From Gemmatimonadota bacterium (GTDB lineage: Bacteria > Gemmatimonadota > Gemmatimonadetes > Gemmatimonadales > GWC2-71-9), in assembly GCA_039591655.1 (NCBI GenBank), contig JBDHDE010000024.1:1-40273 (forward strand): a stretch of DNA of 40,273 bases, written 5' to 3'. The notes below the pieces were generated by a model that was given only the letters and a program-made list of their open reading frames with translations, searched no databases and was not told the origin of the DNA. This document shows positions 9,970 to 18,300 of the stretch, piece after piece. Every line of letters begins with the position of its first letter. Position 1 is the first letter of the stretch. Made by a program: the position numbers and the translations under genes.

Positions 9970-9999
9970 AATATAACGGCGGCATGGACTTGGGGGCAA
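9970..9999 (-). promoter_or_regulatory. Sigma70-type promoter for the rpmE operon
   Basis: Minus strand TTGCCC-N18-TATATT. Confidence 0.55.
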
Positions 10000-10019
10000 G
10001 GCGCCGGGCGCCATTTCAT

Positions 10020-10048
10020 TTGACAGCGACGCGGCCGACACATAAGCT
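10020..10048 (+). promoter_or_regulatory. Sigma70-type promoter for the crp-family gene
   Basis: TTGACA-N17-TAAGCT, back-to-back with the rpmE promoter. Confidence 0.75.
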
Positions 10049-10058
10049 AGGCCTCACT

Positions 10059-10757
10059 ATGCCCGGCGCGTCCCCCACCGGCCCACGCACCTCGGCAATG
10101 GAGCGGCTGCGGCAGGTTCCCCTGTTCGCGCACCTCTCCGACGAGGACATCGCCGGCTTCTCTACGGCCGCCCGCGAGCGGATGTACCCCAAGAACAGCG
10201 TCATCCTGTTCGAGGACGACCCCGGCGACGCGCTCTACGTGGTGCTGAAGGGGGAGGTGAAGGTCGTCCTGGTGGGCGAGGACGGGCGGGAGGTCATCCT
10301 CTCCATCCTGCGGGCCGGCGATTTCTTCGGTGAGATGGCGCTGATCGACGACCAGCCGCGCTCGGCCCACGTCATCGCCACCGAGGATGCCAACCTCCTG
10401 GTCCTGCGCCGCGAACAGTTCCGCCAGTGCTTGGCGGACACACCCCACGTCGCTCTGGGGCTGCTCCAGGCGCTCTCACGCCGGCTGCGCCGGGCGGACG
10501 ACAAGATCGGCGGGCTGGTGCTGCTGGACGTGAACGGGCGGGTGGCTCGCGTGCTCCTCGAGCTGGCGGACGAGCACGACGGCGAGCACGTCCCCCGCAA
10601 GATCACCCACCACATGCTCGCCCAGATGATCGGGTCCAGCCGAGAGACCGTCTCCCGCACCATCCGCGACCTGACGGATCAGGGCCTCATCGAGGTCTCT
10701 CGCAAGGACATCATCATTCGTAACCGCTCGCAGCTGGAACAGCTGGCGGGCCTCTAG
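10059..10757 (+). CDS. Crp/Fnr family transcriptional regulator (cNMP-binding)
   Basis: Phosphate-binding cassette FFGEMALIDDQPRSA; HTH recognition helix SRETVSR; alternative start ATG 10098. Confidence 0.93.
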   Translation: MPGASPTGPRTSAMERLRQVPLFAHLSDEDIAGFSTAARERMYPKNSVILFEDDPGDALYVVLKGEVKVVLVGEDGREVILSILRAGDFFGEMALIDDQPRSAHVIATEDANLLVLRREQFRQCLADTPHVALGLLQALSRRLRRADDKIGGLVLLDVNGRVARVLLELADEHDGEHVPRKITHHMLAQMIGSSRETVSRTIRDLTDQGLIEVSRKDIIIRNRSQLEQLAGL

Positions 10758-10771
10758 TGACCCATGTCACC
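10756..10771. promoter_or_regulatory. Putative Crp-family operator
   Basis: AGTGA-CCCATG-TCACC contains the GTGA-N6-TCAC core (8/10 to TGTGA-N6-TCACA). Confidence 0.6.
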
Positions 10772-10792
10772 GAGCCGGCGTGACTGCATGCC

Positions 10793-10822
10793 TTGTTTGA
10801 GTCTGAGCGCCGCCTGTAGCTT
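10793..10822 (+). promoter_or_regulatory. Putative sigma70-type promoter for the MBL-to-HD-GYP operon
   Basis: TTGTTT-N18-TAGCTT downstream of the Crp box. Confidence 0.45.
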
Positions 10823-10849
10823 GCCGCCTATGGCGGCACAGTCGGGCCA

Positions 10850-11725
10850 ATGGCTTACAGCGTAACGATCTGGGGCGCGCGCGGGTCGATCCCCACGCCC
10901 GGGGCGGAGACCACGCGCTACGGTGGCAATACGCCCTGCGTGGCGCTGGAGCAGGCCGCCGCGGACGGGGATCGGCTCGTGATCCTCGATGCCGGAACCG
11001 GTATCCGCCTCCTCGGCCAGCAGCTGGTGGACCAGGGCAACGGCCCACTACAGGTGGACCTGATCCTGAGCCACACGCACTGGGATCACATCCAGGGCAT
11101 CCCGTTCTTCGCGCCGTTCTTCGGTGAGGGGAACGAGGTCCGCATCTGGGGGTCCAAGCAGGCGGAGGTCGGTCTGGACGTCATACTCCACCAGCTGATG
11201 CACCCGGTCGTGTTCCCGGTGCCGCTCGATCGCCTGGCCGCCGAGCTCAAGGTGGAGCACGTGGAGCCGGGCAAATTCGAGGTCGATGGCTTCCGGGTCG
11301 CGGCGGTGCGGCTGCGCCACCCCGGCAACACGCTGGGGTACCGGCTCACGCCCACGAGCGGTGGAGCCACCATGGCGTACGTGACCGACAACGAGCTGGG
11401 ATCCGGCGGCGACTACGAGGTCGGACCCCGGTGGCGCTCCGAGCTCGTGGCGTTTCTGGAGGGGGTGGACGTGCTGATCCACGACGCGATGTATGCGCCC
11501 GGCGACCTGGGACAGCATCGCGGCTGGGGCCACTCCTCCACCTCCGAGGCCGTGCAGCTCGCGGCCGAGGCGCAGGTGGAACAGCTGGTGCTGTTCCACC
11601 ACCGCCCGGAGCACGACGATGCGAAGATGGACATCCTGGTCGAGGCCGCTCGGGCCGAGGCCGACGATACGGGGCGGGCAGTGGAAGTGATTGCTGCAAC
11701 GGAGGGGATGCGACTGATCCTCTGA
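10850..11725 (+). CDS. MBL-fold metallo-hydrolase (putative phosphodiesterase)
   Basis: WGARGSIP, YGGNT.CV, DAGTG, HTHWDH, TDNE, HDAMY, GWGHS, LFHH.P. Confidence 0.88.
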   Translation: MAYSVTIWGARGSIPTPGAETTRYGGNTPCVALEQAAADGDRLVILDAGTGIRLLGQQLVDQGNGPLQVDLILSHTHWDHIQGIPFFAPFFGEGNEVRIWGSKQAEVGLDVILHQLMHPVVFPVPLDRLAAELKVEHVEPGKFEVDGFRVAAVRLRHPGNTLGYRLTPTSGGATMAYVTDNELGSGGDYEVGPRWRSELVAFLEGVDVLIHDAMYAPGDLGQHRGWGHSSTSEAVQLAAEAQVEQLVLFHHRPEHDDAKMDILVEAARAEADDTGRAVEVIAATEGMRLIL

Positions 11726-11741
11726 GCTGGAGGAAGAGCCT

Positions 11742-12443
11742 ATGCGCTGGCGTTCGATACCTGCCCTGTCTCTGGCCGCGATACTCGTCGCGCCCACCGC
11801 CCTGCCCGCACAAGACACGCGGCCCGGAGTGGCGGTCATGCCGTTCGAGGACGGCGGCTCGTACGGTCAGGACCAGGAGGACTTCGAGGCCCTCACCGTG
11901 GGGCTGCAACAGATGCTGCTCACCGAGCTGGCCGCCAACGACCAGCTTCGAGTCGTGGAGCGCGGCCGGATTCGGGACCTCCTGGCCGAGATGGAGCTGG
12001 GCGCCACGGGGAACGTCGACCCGAGCACCGCCGCCGAGATCGGCAAGCTGGTCGGCGCCCGGTACATGGTGTTCGGCAGCTTCATCGATTGGTACGGCGA
12101 TTTCCGACTGAACGCCCGAGTGGTGAGCGTCGAGACCAGCGAGATCGTAAAGGTGGAGCGCGCTCGCGACGAGCGCGAGAACCTGTTCTCGATGCTCGTG
12201 GAGATGGCCGACAACCTCACCAGGGACCTCGATCTGCCGGAGTTGTCTCGTCAGGCCTTCGAGGACCGGCGGGAGCGCTCCGAGCAGATCCCGCAAGAGG
12301 CGCTGCGCCTCTACAGCAAGGCACTCCTCTATGCGGACCGCGGTGACACCGATCGCGCCGTTGAGCTGTTCAATCAGGTGACACGCGAGTTCCCGGAGTA
12401 CACCGAAGCGCAGGAGGCCTTGAGGCAGCTCCAGCAGGGGTAG
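11742..12443 (+). CDS. Exported CsgG/HfaB-like protein with C-terminal TPR
   Basis: Signal peptide ALPA-Q; VAVMPF, VVER..I..LL.E..L, TAAEIGKLVGARYMVFGS, VETSEI; TPR-like helix pair at the C-terminus. Confidence 0.75.
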   Translation: MRWRSIPALSLAAILVAPTALPAQDTRPGVAVMPFEDGGSYGQDQEDFEALTVGLQQMLLTELAANDQLRVVERGRIRDLLAEMELGATGNVDPSTAAEIGKLVGARYMVFGSFIDWYGDFRLNARVVSVETSEIVKVERARDERENLFSMLVEMADNLTRDLDLPELSRQAFEDRRERSEQIPQEALRLYSKALLYADRGDTDRAVELFNQVTREFPEYTEAQEALRQLQQG

Positions 12444-12444
12444 C

Positions 12445-13224
12445 GTGGTAGGCGTTGCAGCACTCGGACAGGGAGTAGCGCGCTCGATCGCCTGGGTAGG
12501 GGCGCTGGCGCGCTTCTTCTTTCACACGTTGGAAGCGGCGCGCTGGCTCCCCAGAGCCGGGCGCCGCGTCGCCTTCCGCGTGCTGCTCAGGCAGATTTGG
12601 TTCACCGCACTTCAGGCCCTCCCCCTGATCGTGGTTCTCTCCTCCATCCTGAGCTTCCTGGTGATCTCCCAGGCCGTGCGCGAGCTCGGACGGCTGGGGG
12701 CCACCGAGCTCATCGGGCGCCTCATGGTGGTCGCCATCGTGCGGGAGTTGGGTCCGCTCATAACGGCACTTGCCATCGCCGGTCGGTCGGGCACCGCCAT
12801 CGCCGCGGAACTCGCCACGAACAAGGTGATGGGCGAGGTAAACGCGCTGGAGGGCATGGGTATCGATCCCCTGCACTATCACGTCCTGCCCAGGTTCGGG
12901 GCGGCGCTCCTATCGGTGTTCGGCCTCATCGTGGTCTTCGACGTAGTGGCGATCCTCTCCGGCCTCTTGGCGGCCAACGCCAACGGCATGACCAGCGCGC
13001 ACTACTTCAACATCGTCCTGGCGTCCCTCACCCTGCGGGACGTCGGACTGACGGTCGCCAAGGCGCTGGTGTTCGGTGTTATCGTCGGGATGATCCCGAG
13101 CTTCCACGGGCTAGCCGTGCGTGGCTCGCCCACGGAGATCCCGGTGGCGTCCAGTCAGGCAGCGGTGGGAAGCATCCTCGCAATCTTTCTCTGTTCCGGA
13201 CTGTTCGTGGTATTGCTCGCATGA
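12445..13224 (+). CDS. MlaE-family ABC permease
   Basis: VRELGPLITALAIAGRSGTAIAAEL, E..ALE.MGIDP..Y.V.PR. Confidence 0.9.
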   Translation: MVGVAALGQGVARSIAWVGALARFFFHTLEAARWLPRAGRRVAFRVLLRQIWFTALQALPLIVVLSSILSFLVISQAVRELGRLGATELIGRLMVVAIVRELGPLITALAIAGRSGTAIAAELATNKVMGEVNALEGMGIDPLHYHVLPRFGAALLSVFGLIVVFDVVAILSGLLAANANGMTSAHYFNIVLASLTLRDVGLTVAKALVFGVIVGMIPSFHGLAVRGSPTEIPVASSQAAVGSILAIFLCSGLFVVLLA

Positions 13225-13892
13225 CGACGCTGCCACTGCGCTTCGAGGCGCTCACGCTTCCCGGCTACCCGGCGCCCATCTCCTTCGATGTGCCGGCACA
13301 CCACGCGGTGGCGGTGATCGGATCCGAGGCCAGTGGGGTGGACGCACTCCCCGCCTACGCCCTCGCCCTCAAGCGACCGCGGGCCGGGCGCGTGTTGGTA
13401 TTCGACGAGGACGTGGAGCAACTGCCGCGGCGCGCCGTGCTCGCCTTCCGCCGCCGAGTGGGCTACCTTCCTGCCGGCGACGGCCTGCTCCACAACCTCT
13501 CGCTGAAGGAGAACGTGGCCCTGCCGCTGCGGTACGGCAGCGACCTCGGCGAGCGCGAGATCACCGGTCGGATCCGCATCATGCTCACCCTGGTGGGCAT
13601 TTCCGATGTCGCGGACCTCCGACCCGCAGACGCCACCGACGAACAGCGCCGCCGGGCAGCGCTAGCTCGGGCGTTGGCGTTCGATCCGGACCTGCTGGTT
13701 CTCGCCGATCCCTTCGACGGGCTGACCACACGCGCAGCCACGGAACTGCTGGAGCTTGCGCGCGGCGGCGAGAGCGGCGCAGGTTCGAGACGTACCTTGT
13801 TCATGACGGGCCAGTCGGTTCCCATGCGGCTTGAGCCGCGGATCGAGGTCCGCTACCGTCTCGCCAAGGGCGAGTTGCGCCGCGAGAGTTGA
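13221..13892 (+). CDS. MlaF-like ABC ATP-binding-fold protein with degenerate catalytic motifs
   Basis: MlaF scaffold (P.AGRV.V, RRRVGYL, LSLKENVALPL, RAALARALAFDP) but altered Walker A/B, Q-loop, signature and H-loop; ATGA overlap with mlaE. Confidence 0.85.
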   Translation: MTTLPLRFEALTLPGYPAPISFDVPAHHAVAVIGSEASGVDALPAYALALKRPRAGRVLVFDEDVEQLPRRAVLAFRRRVGYLPAGDGLLHNLSLKENVALPLRYGSDLGEREITGRIRIMLTLVGISDVADLRPADATDEQRRRAALARALAFDPDLLVLADPFDGLTTRAATELLELARGGESGAGSRRTLFMTGQSVPMRLEPRIEVRYRLAKGELRRES

Positions 13893-13904
13893 CCGGGAGG
13901 GGTT

Positions 13905-14801
13905 ACGGGACGCACGGATTTTCTGGTCGGGCTGTTCATCCTCGTGAGCGTGGGGATCATCGTCGGCACGGCCGTGCTGACGAGCGACCTACTGGAAGGA
14001 CGCTACGAGCTGCACATGCGCGCTGCGGAAGCCGAGGGCCTCACCCAGGACACGCGCGTGGAGCTCCAGGGGCTGGCCATCGGCCGGGTCACGCAGGTGA
14101 ACCCGCACCTCGACACCGCCACCAACGCCCTGAGCTTCATTGCCACCTTGTCGATTCGGGAACGATTCCCGGACGGCACCCGGCTGCGGCTCCCCGCGGG
14201 GACGCGGGCGTTCATCGCGCCGCCGCCCACGGTGGTGGGGGCAGCCGTGGTCGACCTGGCCATGCCCCAGGCATCGCCGGCCGGGGCGTTTCTCCAGCCG
14301 GGCGACACGCTCGAGTCGGAGCGCAGAGCCGGCGTGATGCAGTCGCTATCCGAAATCGCCGCCGGGATGCACGAGGACGCCTTGGCCATGGTGACCGAGA
14401 CGCGGCAGCTCTTGACCCATACGACCCGCGCGGTGGACCAGACCAACACGCTCCTGGCCAGCGCACGCCCCCGGGTGGAGGATGTGCTGGAACGCCTGAG
14501 CGGCAGCCTCGAGCGAACCGATCGAATCCTGGCCGAGGTGGAGCCCCGGGTCGGACCGGTGACCGACAGCATCATGGCGACGCTGGCGCACACGCACGAG
14601 GTACTGGCGGGGCTGGACAGCCTGGCCAGCACCGCGCACGATGTCGCCACGGAGAACCGTGAGGCCGTGGCCGAGATGGTAGCCAAGCTCAGCCGCTCCG
14701 CCGAGATTCTGGAGTACTTCGCCGAGCAGATCAGCCGGCGTCCGCTCCGGATGCTATGGGGCGTGACGCCGCCGCCCGACACCGCCGACGAGCAGCAATG
14801 A
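13905..14801 (+). CDS. MlaD/MCE family protein with helical C-terminal extension
   Basis: RTDFLVGLFIL TM, AEGL...TRVELQGLAIGRV MCE motif, C-terminal I.RRPLRMLWG. Start uncertain: ACG 13905 behind GGAGG, first canonical start GTG 13944. Confidence 0.85.
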   Translation, partial: TGRTDFLVGLFILVSVGIIVGTAVLTSDLLEGRYELHMRAAEAEGLTQDTRVELQGLAIGRVTQVNPHLDTATNALSFIATLSIRERFPDGTRLRLPAGTRAFIAPPPTVVGAAVVDLAMPQASPAGAFLQPGDTLESERRAGVMQSLSEIAAGMHEDALAMVTETRQLLTHTTRAVDQTNTLLASARPRVEDVLERLSGSLERTDRILAEVEPRVGPVTDSIMATLAHTHEVLAGLDSLASTAHDVATENREAVAEMVAKLSRSAEILEYFAEQISRRPLRMLWGVTPPPDTADEQQ

Positions 14802-16738
14802 AGTACCAGCTACTGCACTCCACCACGTTCCAGACGGACACCATCGCCCAAGCGCTGGCGACGGAGGGGGTCGCCGTATCCACGCTCGACTCCGCCAGGG
14901 AACTGGCCGTCACCGGGGTCCCGACCGCCCTGATCCTCGACCCCCGCAGCCGCAGCGGATACACCACCGAGCAGCTGAGCACCTTCGTGACAGGCGGCGG
15001 CGCCGTGGTCGCCATCGGCGCCCCCGGGGAGCAGGATGTGCCCGACTCGCTGTCGAGCAGTCTGGTCTCCGTCTTCGTGCCCCACGATCACGGGCCGCGC
15101 CAGCTGTTGGTTGCTCTCCGCACGGCGTACCGCGAAGCGGCTGCTCGGGGCGAGACGCGGCGGGCACGTCAGGAGACGGCGTTCCGGACCAGGGAGATCA
15201 AGGAGCTCACGCGTATCGGGATGGCTCTCGCCACCGAGCGGGACCTGAATACCCTGTTGGAGCTGATCCTGGTGCAGGCGCTCCAGATCACGCAGTCCGA
15301 CGCCGGCAGCCTCTACCTGGTGGAGAAGCCCGAGGGCGAGCCCCGCCGCCTGCGCTTCAAGCTCACGCAGAACGCCTCACGGCCGGACATTCCATTCGTG
15401 GGAATCCCACCTGCGCCAGTCGATACCGCGAGCATCTCCGGGTACGCGGCCGCGACCGGGGAGCCGCTGGTCATCGACGACGTGTACTTCCTCCCGCCGG
15501 ACGTTGACTACACGTTCAATCGCTCCTTCGACGAGAGGTACGGCTACCGCTCGAAATCGATGCTCACCCTCCCTATGAAGGACCATCGGGAGGAAGTGAT
15601 CGGCGTGCTCCAGCTCATCAACCGCAAGCGAGACGCGAATGCAAAGCTCGAGGCGCCGGAGGACTTCGACGCCCAGGTGATCCCGTATACGCACCGGCTC
15701 GTGGAACTCGTCTCCGCCATGGCGGGCCAGGCTGCCGTGGCCATCGAGAACAGCATACTCTACGCGGACATCGAGCGGTTGTTCGAAGGCTTCGTGCGGG
15801 CCTCCGTGTTTGCCATCGAGCAGCGAGACCCTACGACGTTCGGTCACTCGGGCCGAGTGGCGTCCATGACCGTAGCGCTGGCCAAGACGGTGGACCGCTG
15901 CGACGACGGTACGTACGGCGCCATAGGCTTCTCGCGGCAGGAGATCAGGGAGATCCGCTACGCGGGGCTGCTACACGACTTCGGCAAGGTCGGCGTACGC
16001 GAGCAGGTTCTGGTCAAGGCGAAGAAGCTCTACCCGCCCGACCTGGCGCTCATCAGGCAGCGGTTCGCCTTCATCCGCCGCTCGGCCGAGAGCGATTTCC
16101 ACCGCGCACGAGCCGAGTTCCTCGAGAAGAACGGCCGCGCGGGCTACGATGAGTACGTCGGCGCGTTGCAGGCGGAGCACGAGCGACAGCTCGAGGAGCT
16201 GGACCAGTTCATGCACCTGGTGCTCGACTCCAACGAGCCCACGCTGCTGCCGGAAGGGAGCTTCGAGAGTCTGATCCGCTACGCCGACCGGTTCTACCTG
16301 GACCTCGAGGGGCGCCAGCTGCCGTACCTCACGGACGACGAGGTGCGCTTCCTGAGCATCCGCAAGGGCAGCCTGGATGAGGCCGAGCGCCTGGAGATCG
16401 AGAGCCACGTCACGCACACCTACAAGTTCCTGCTGCAGATCCCGTGGACGAAGGAGCTCCAGTCGGTGCCGACCATCGCCTACGGCCACCACGAGAAGAT
16501 GGACGGTACGGGCTACCCCCGCCAAGTCCGGGGGAAGCACATCCCGATCCAGACCCGCATGATGACCATCGCCGACATCTTCGACGCGCTGACTGCGGCG
16601 GATCGTCCCTACAAGCGCGCCGTCCCGGCACCCCGCGCCCTCGACATCCTCTCGGACGAGACGGGGGCCGGACAGTTGGACAAGGAGTTGTTCAGGCTGT
16701 TCGTCGAAGGGAAGGTCTACGAGCGGTCGTCCGACTGA
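14798..16738 (+). CDS. GAF + HD-GYP metal-dependent phosphodiesterase with degenerate REC-like N-terminus
   Basis: GAF (DAGSLYL, SML..PM, GVLQLIN), RDPTT.GHS.RVA, LLHDFGK, HHEKMDGTGYP, ADIFDALT..DRPYK; ATGA overlap with mlaD. Confidence 0.92.
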   Translation: MKYQLLHSTTFQTDTIAQALATEGVAVSTLDSARELAVTGVPTALILDPRSRSGYTTEQLSTFVTGGGAVVAIGAPGEQDVPDSLSSSLVSVFVPHDHGPRQLLVALRTAYREAAARGETRRARQETAFRTREIKELTRIGMALATERDLNTLLELILVQALQITQSDAGSLYLVEKPEGEPRRLRFKLTQNASRPDIPFVGIPPAPVDTASISGYAAATGEPLVIDDVYFLPPDVDYTFNRSFDERYGYRSKSMLTLPMKDHREEVIGVLQLINRKRDANAKLEAPEDFDAQVIPYTHRLVELVSAMAGQAAVAIENSILYADIERLFEGFVRASVFAIEQRDPTTFGHSGRVASMTVALAKTVDRCDDGTYGAIGFSRQEIREIRYAGLLHDFGKVGVREQVLVKAKKLYPPDLALIRQRFAFIRRSAESDFHRARAEFLEKNGRAGYDEYVGALQAEHERQLEELDQFMHLVLDSNEPTLLPEGSFESLIRYADRFYLDLEGRQLPYLTDDEVRFLSIRKGSLDEAERLEIESHVTHTYKFLLQIPWTKELQSVPTIAYGHHEKMDGTGYPRQVRGKHIPIQTRMMTIADIFDALTAADRPYKRAVPAPRALDILSDETGAGQLDKELFRLFVEGKVYERSSD

Positions 16739-18300
16739 GACGTGCGACGGTCAGGCGGGAGCGCCGCGCTTCGCCGCCCGCGCCACCACCCGAAGCCGCC
16801 AAGACTGGCCGTCAGCACCAGCACGAGCGTTCCGACCCAGTCTCCCCACCGCGTGTAGAGGGTCACGGCGTCAGTGGTAACGAGCTCGTGTGCAACGAAG
16901 GTCCTCGTGTCGAGGGCCGTCCGCCGGTGCCGGCGGCCGAGGGGATCCACGAACTCGGAGATCCCGCTGTTCGCCGCCCGGGCAATTCCAACTCGGTTCT
17001 CGATGGCCCGCATGACCAGGTGCGCCGCGTGCTGATACACCGCGCTCGTGCCGCCGAACCAGGCGTCGTTGGTGATATTCACCAGGAAGTCCGCTCCCTC
17101 CCGGCGGTAGCGGCGGGACACGTCCTCGAACGCGGATTCGTAACAGATCAAAACGCCGAAGCGCCCGGCCGGAACCGCATACACGGGTCCCGGCTCACCG
17201 AAGCCGTAGCCCTCGAAGAACCGCACCTTGAACCAGCGCGGGTTGAGAAACGGGACGCGCTCGGTGATGGGCACCAGGTACTGCTTGTGGTACACTGGTT
17301 GGCCAGCGTCACGGCCCAGTGAATCGAAGAGGAACGCCGCGTTGTAGTACTCGTACGAGCCGCCCTCTCCCGGAACGTAGTGGAACCCACCCACGAGCTG
17401 CGGAGTCGCGGTGGCGCGGGACAGCTCGGCGATGCGCCGGCGCCACTGCGGATGGCGGTGGAAGTACCCCGGGACCGCGGCCTCGGGCCACACCACCAGC
17501 CCGGGCCTCGACTCGTACAGCGCGCGCGCTGAGAGGTTGAGCAAACCCTCCACGATCGAGTCCTGTAGCGCCGGCTCCCACTTCTCCGACCAACCGACGT
17601 TGGGCTGCAACACGGCGATGCGGCCCACCGGTCGCACGGCGAGCCCACGCTCGCGCGCTACGCCGTAACCCCAGGCCAGCACGAGGCCGACCACGACGCC
17701 GCCGGCGAGCAGCGCCCCTCGTTTGCGATCGCTCCGCCTGAGCCAGGCCATGGCGAGCGCCGCGTTGGCCAGGGCGAGGAGGTAGGTGATCCCCCGAGCC
17801 CCGACGATGTCGGCTAGCTGCACCACGGTGGGGTAGCCGGTGAGCGAGGTGCCGAGCCCCAGCCAGGGGAACCCCACCTGGGGCAGATGCCCGATCGCCC
17901 ACTCCACCGTCGTCCACACAATGGGGAACACCACGACCGGGCCCACTCGCGTGCGGCGCACCACCCATCCCGTCACCGCGAACGCTGCCGCACAGGACAC
18001 CCCGAGAACGACGATCGTCACCAGGTAGCCAAGGGCCGAGAGGCGGGAGAACCGCCACAGGGCGACCGTGATCCAGTACAGCACCAGCCCGTTCCCGAGG
18101 AGGCCGAACCAGAAGCCCTGGACCAGATGCCGCCTCACCGGCCGCGGATCCTCGGCCCCTGCCATGATCAGCCAGACCGCTGGAACGAGACACAGGAACG
18201 ACGGGAGGAAAAGGTGGAACGGCGGGTAGGCGGCACACAGCAATACGGCACCGCCGACGATCAACCGCCAGTCGTCGCGCGGCAGCGCGAGCGCCCTCAC
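16717..18300 (-). CDS. lnt: Apolipoprotein N-acyltransferase
   Basis: GFPW..LG, QPN, WPE, YNAA, K..LVP..E, ICYES, NITNDAWF, RAIEN, ANSGIS. Confidence 0.95.
   Translation of the reverse strand: MRALALPRDDWRLIVGGAVLLCAAYPPFHLFLPSFLCLVPAVWLIMAGAEDPRPVRRHLVQGFWFGLLGNGLVLYWITVALWRFSRLSALGYLVTIVVLGVSCAAAFAVTGWVVRRTRVGPVVVFPIVWTTVEWAIGHLPQVGFPWLGLGTSLTGYPTVVQLADIVGARGITYLLALANAALAMAWLRRSDRKRGALLAGGVVVGLVLAWGYGVARERGLAVRPVGRIAVLQPNVGWSEKWEPALQDSIVEGLLNLSARALYESRPGLVVWPEAAVPGYFHRHPQWRRRIAELSRATATPQLVGGFHYVPGEGGSYEYYNAAFLFDSLGRDAGQPVYHKQYLVPITERVPFLNPRWFKVRFFEGYGFGEPGPVYAVPAGRFGVLICYESAFEDVSRRYRREGADFLVNITNDAWFGGTSAVYQHAAHLVMRAIENRVGIARAANSGISEFVDPLGRRHRRTALDTRTFVAHELVTTDAVTLYTRWGDWVGTLVLVLTASLGGFGWWRGRRSAALPPDRRTSQSDDRS

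Noticed and set aside
12597..13220. Apparent N-terminal extension of the MlaF-like ORF
   Set aside because: Out-of-frame overlap with mlaE; ATG 13221 gives standard ATGA coupling
15395..15425. Odd FVGIPPAPVD stretch in the GAF domain, possibly compensating indels
   Set aside because: The frame is preserved, and I cannot show it is abnormal without an alignment
16717..16738. 3' overlap of the convergent HD-GYP and lnt genes
   Set aside because: Short convergent overlaps are common in compact high-GC genomes
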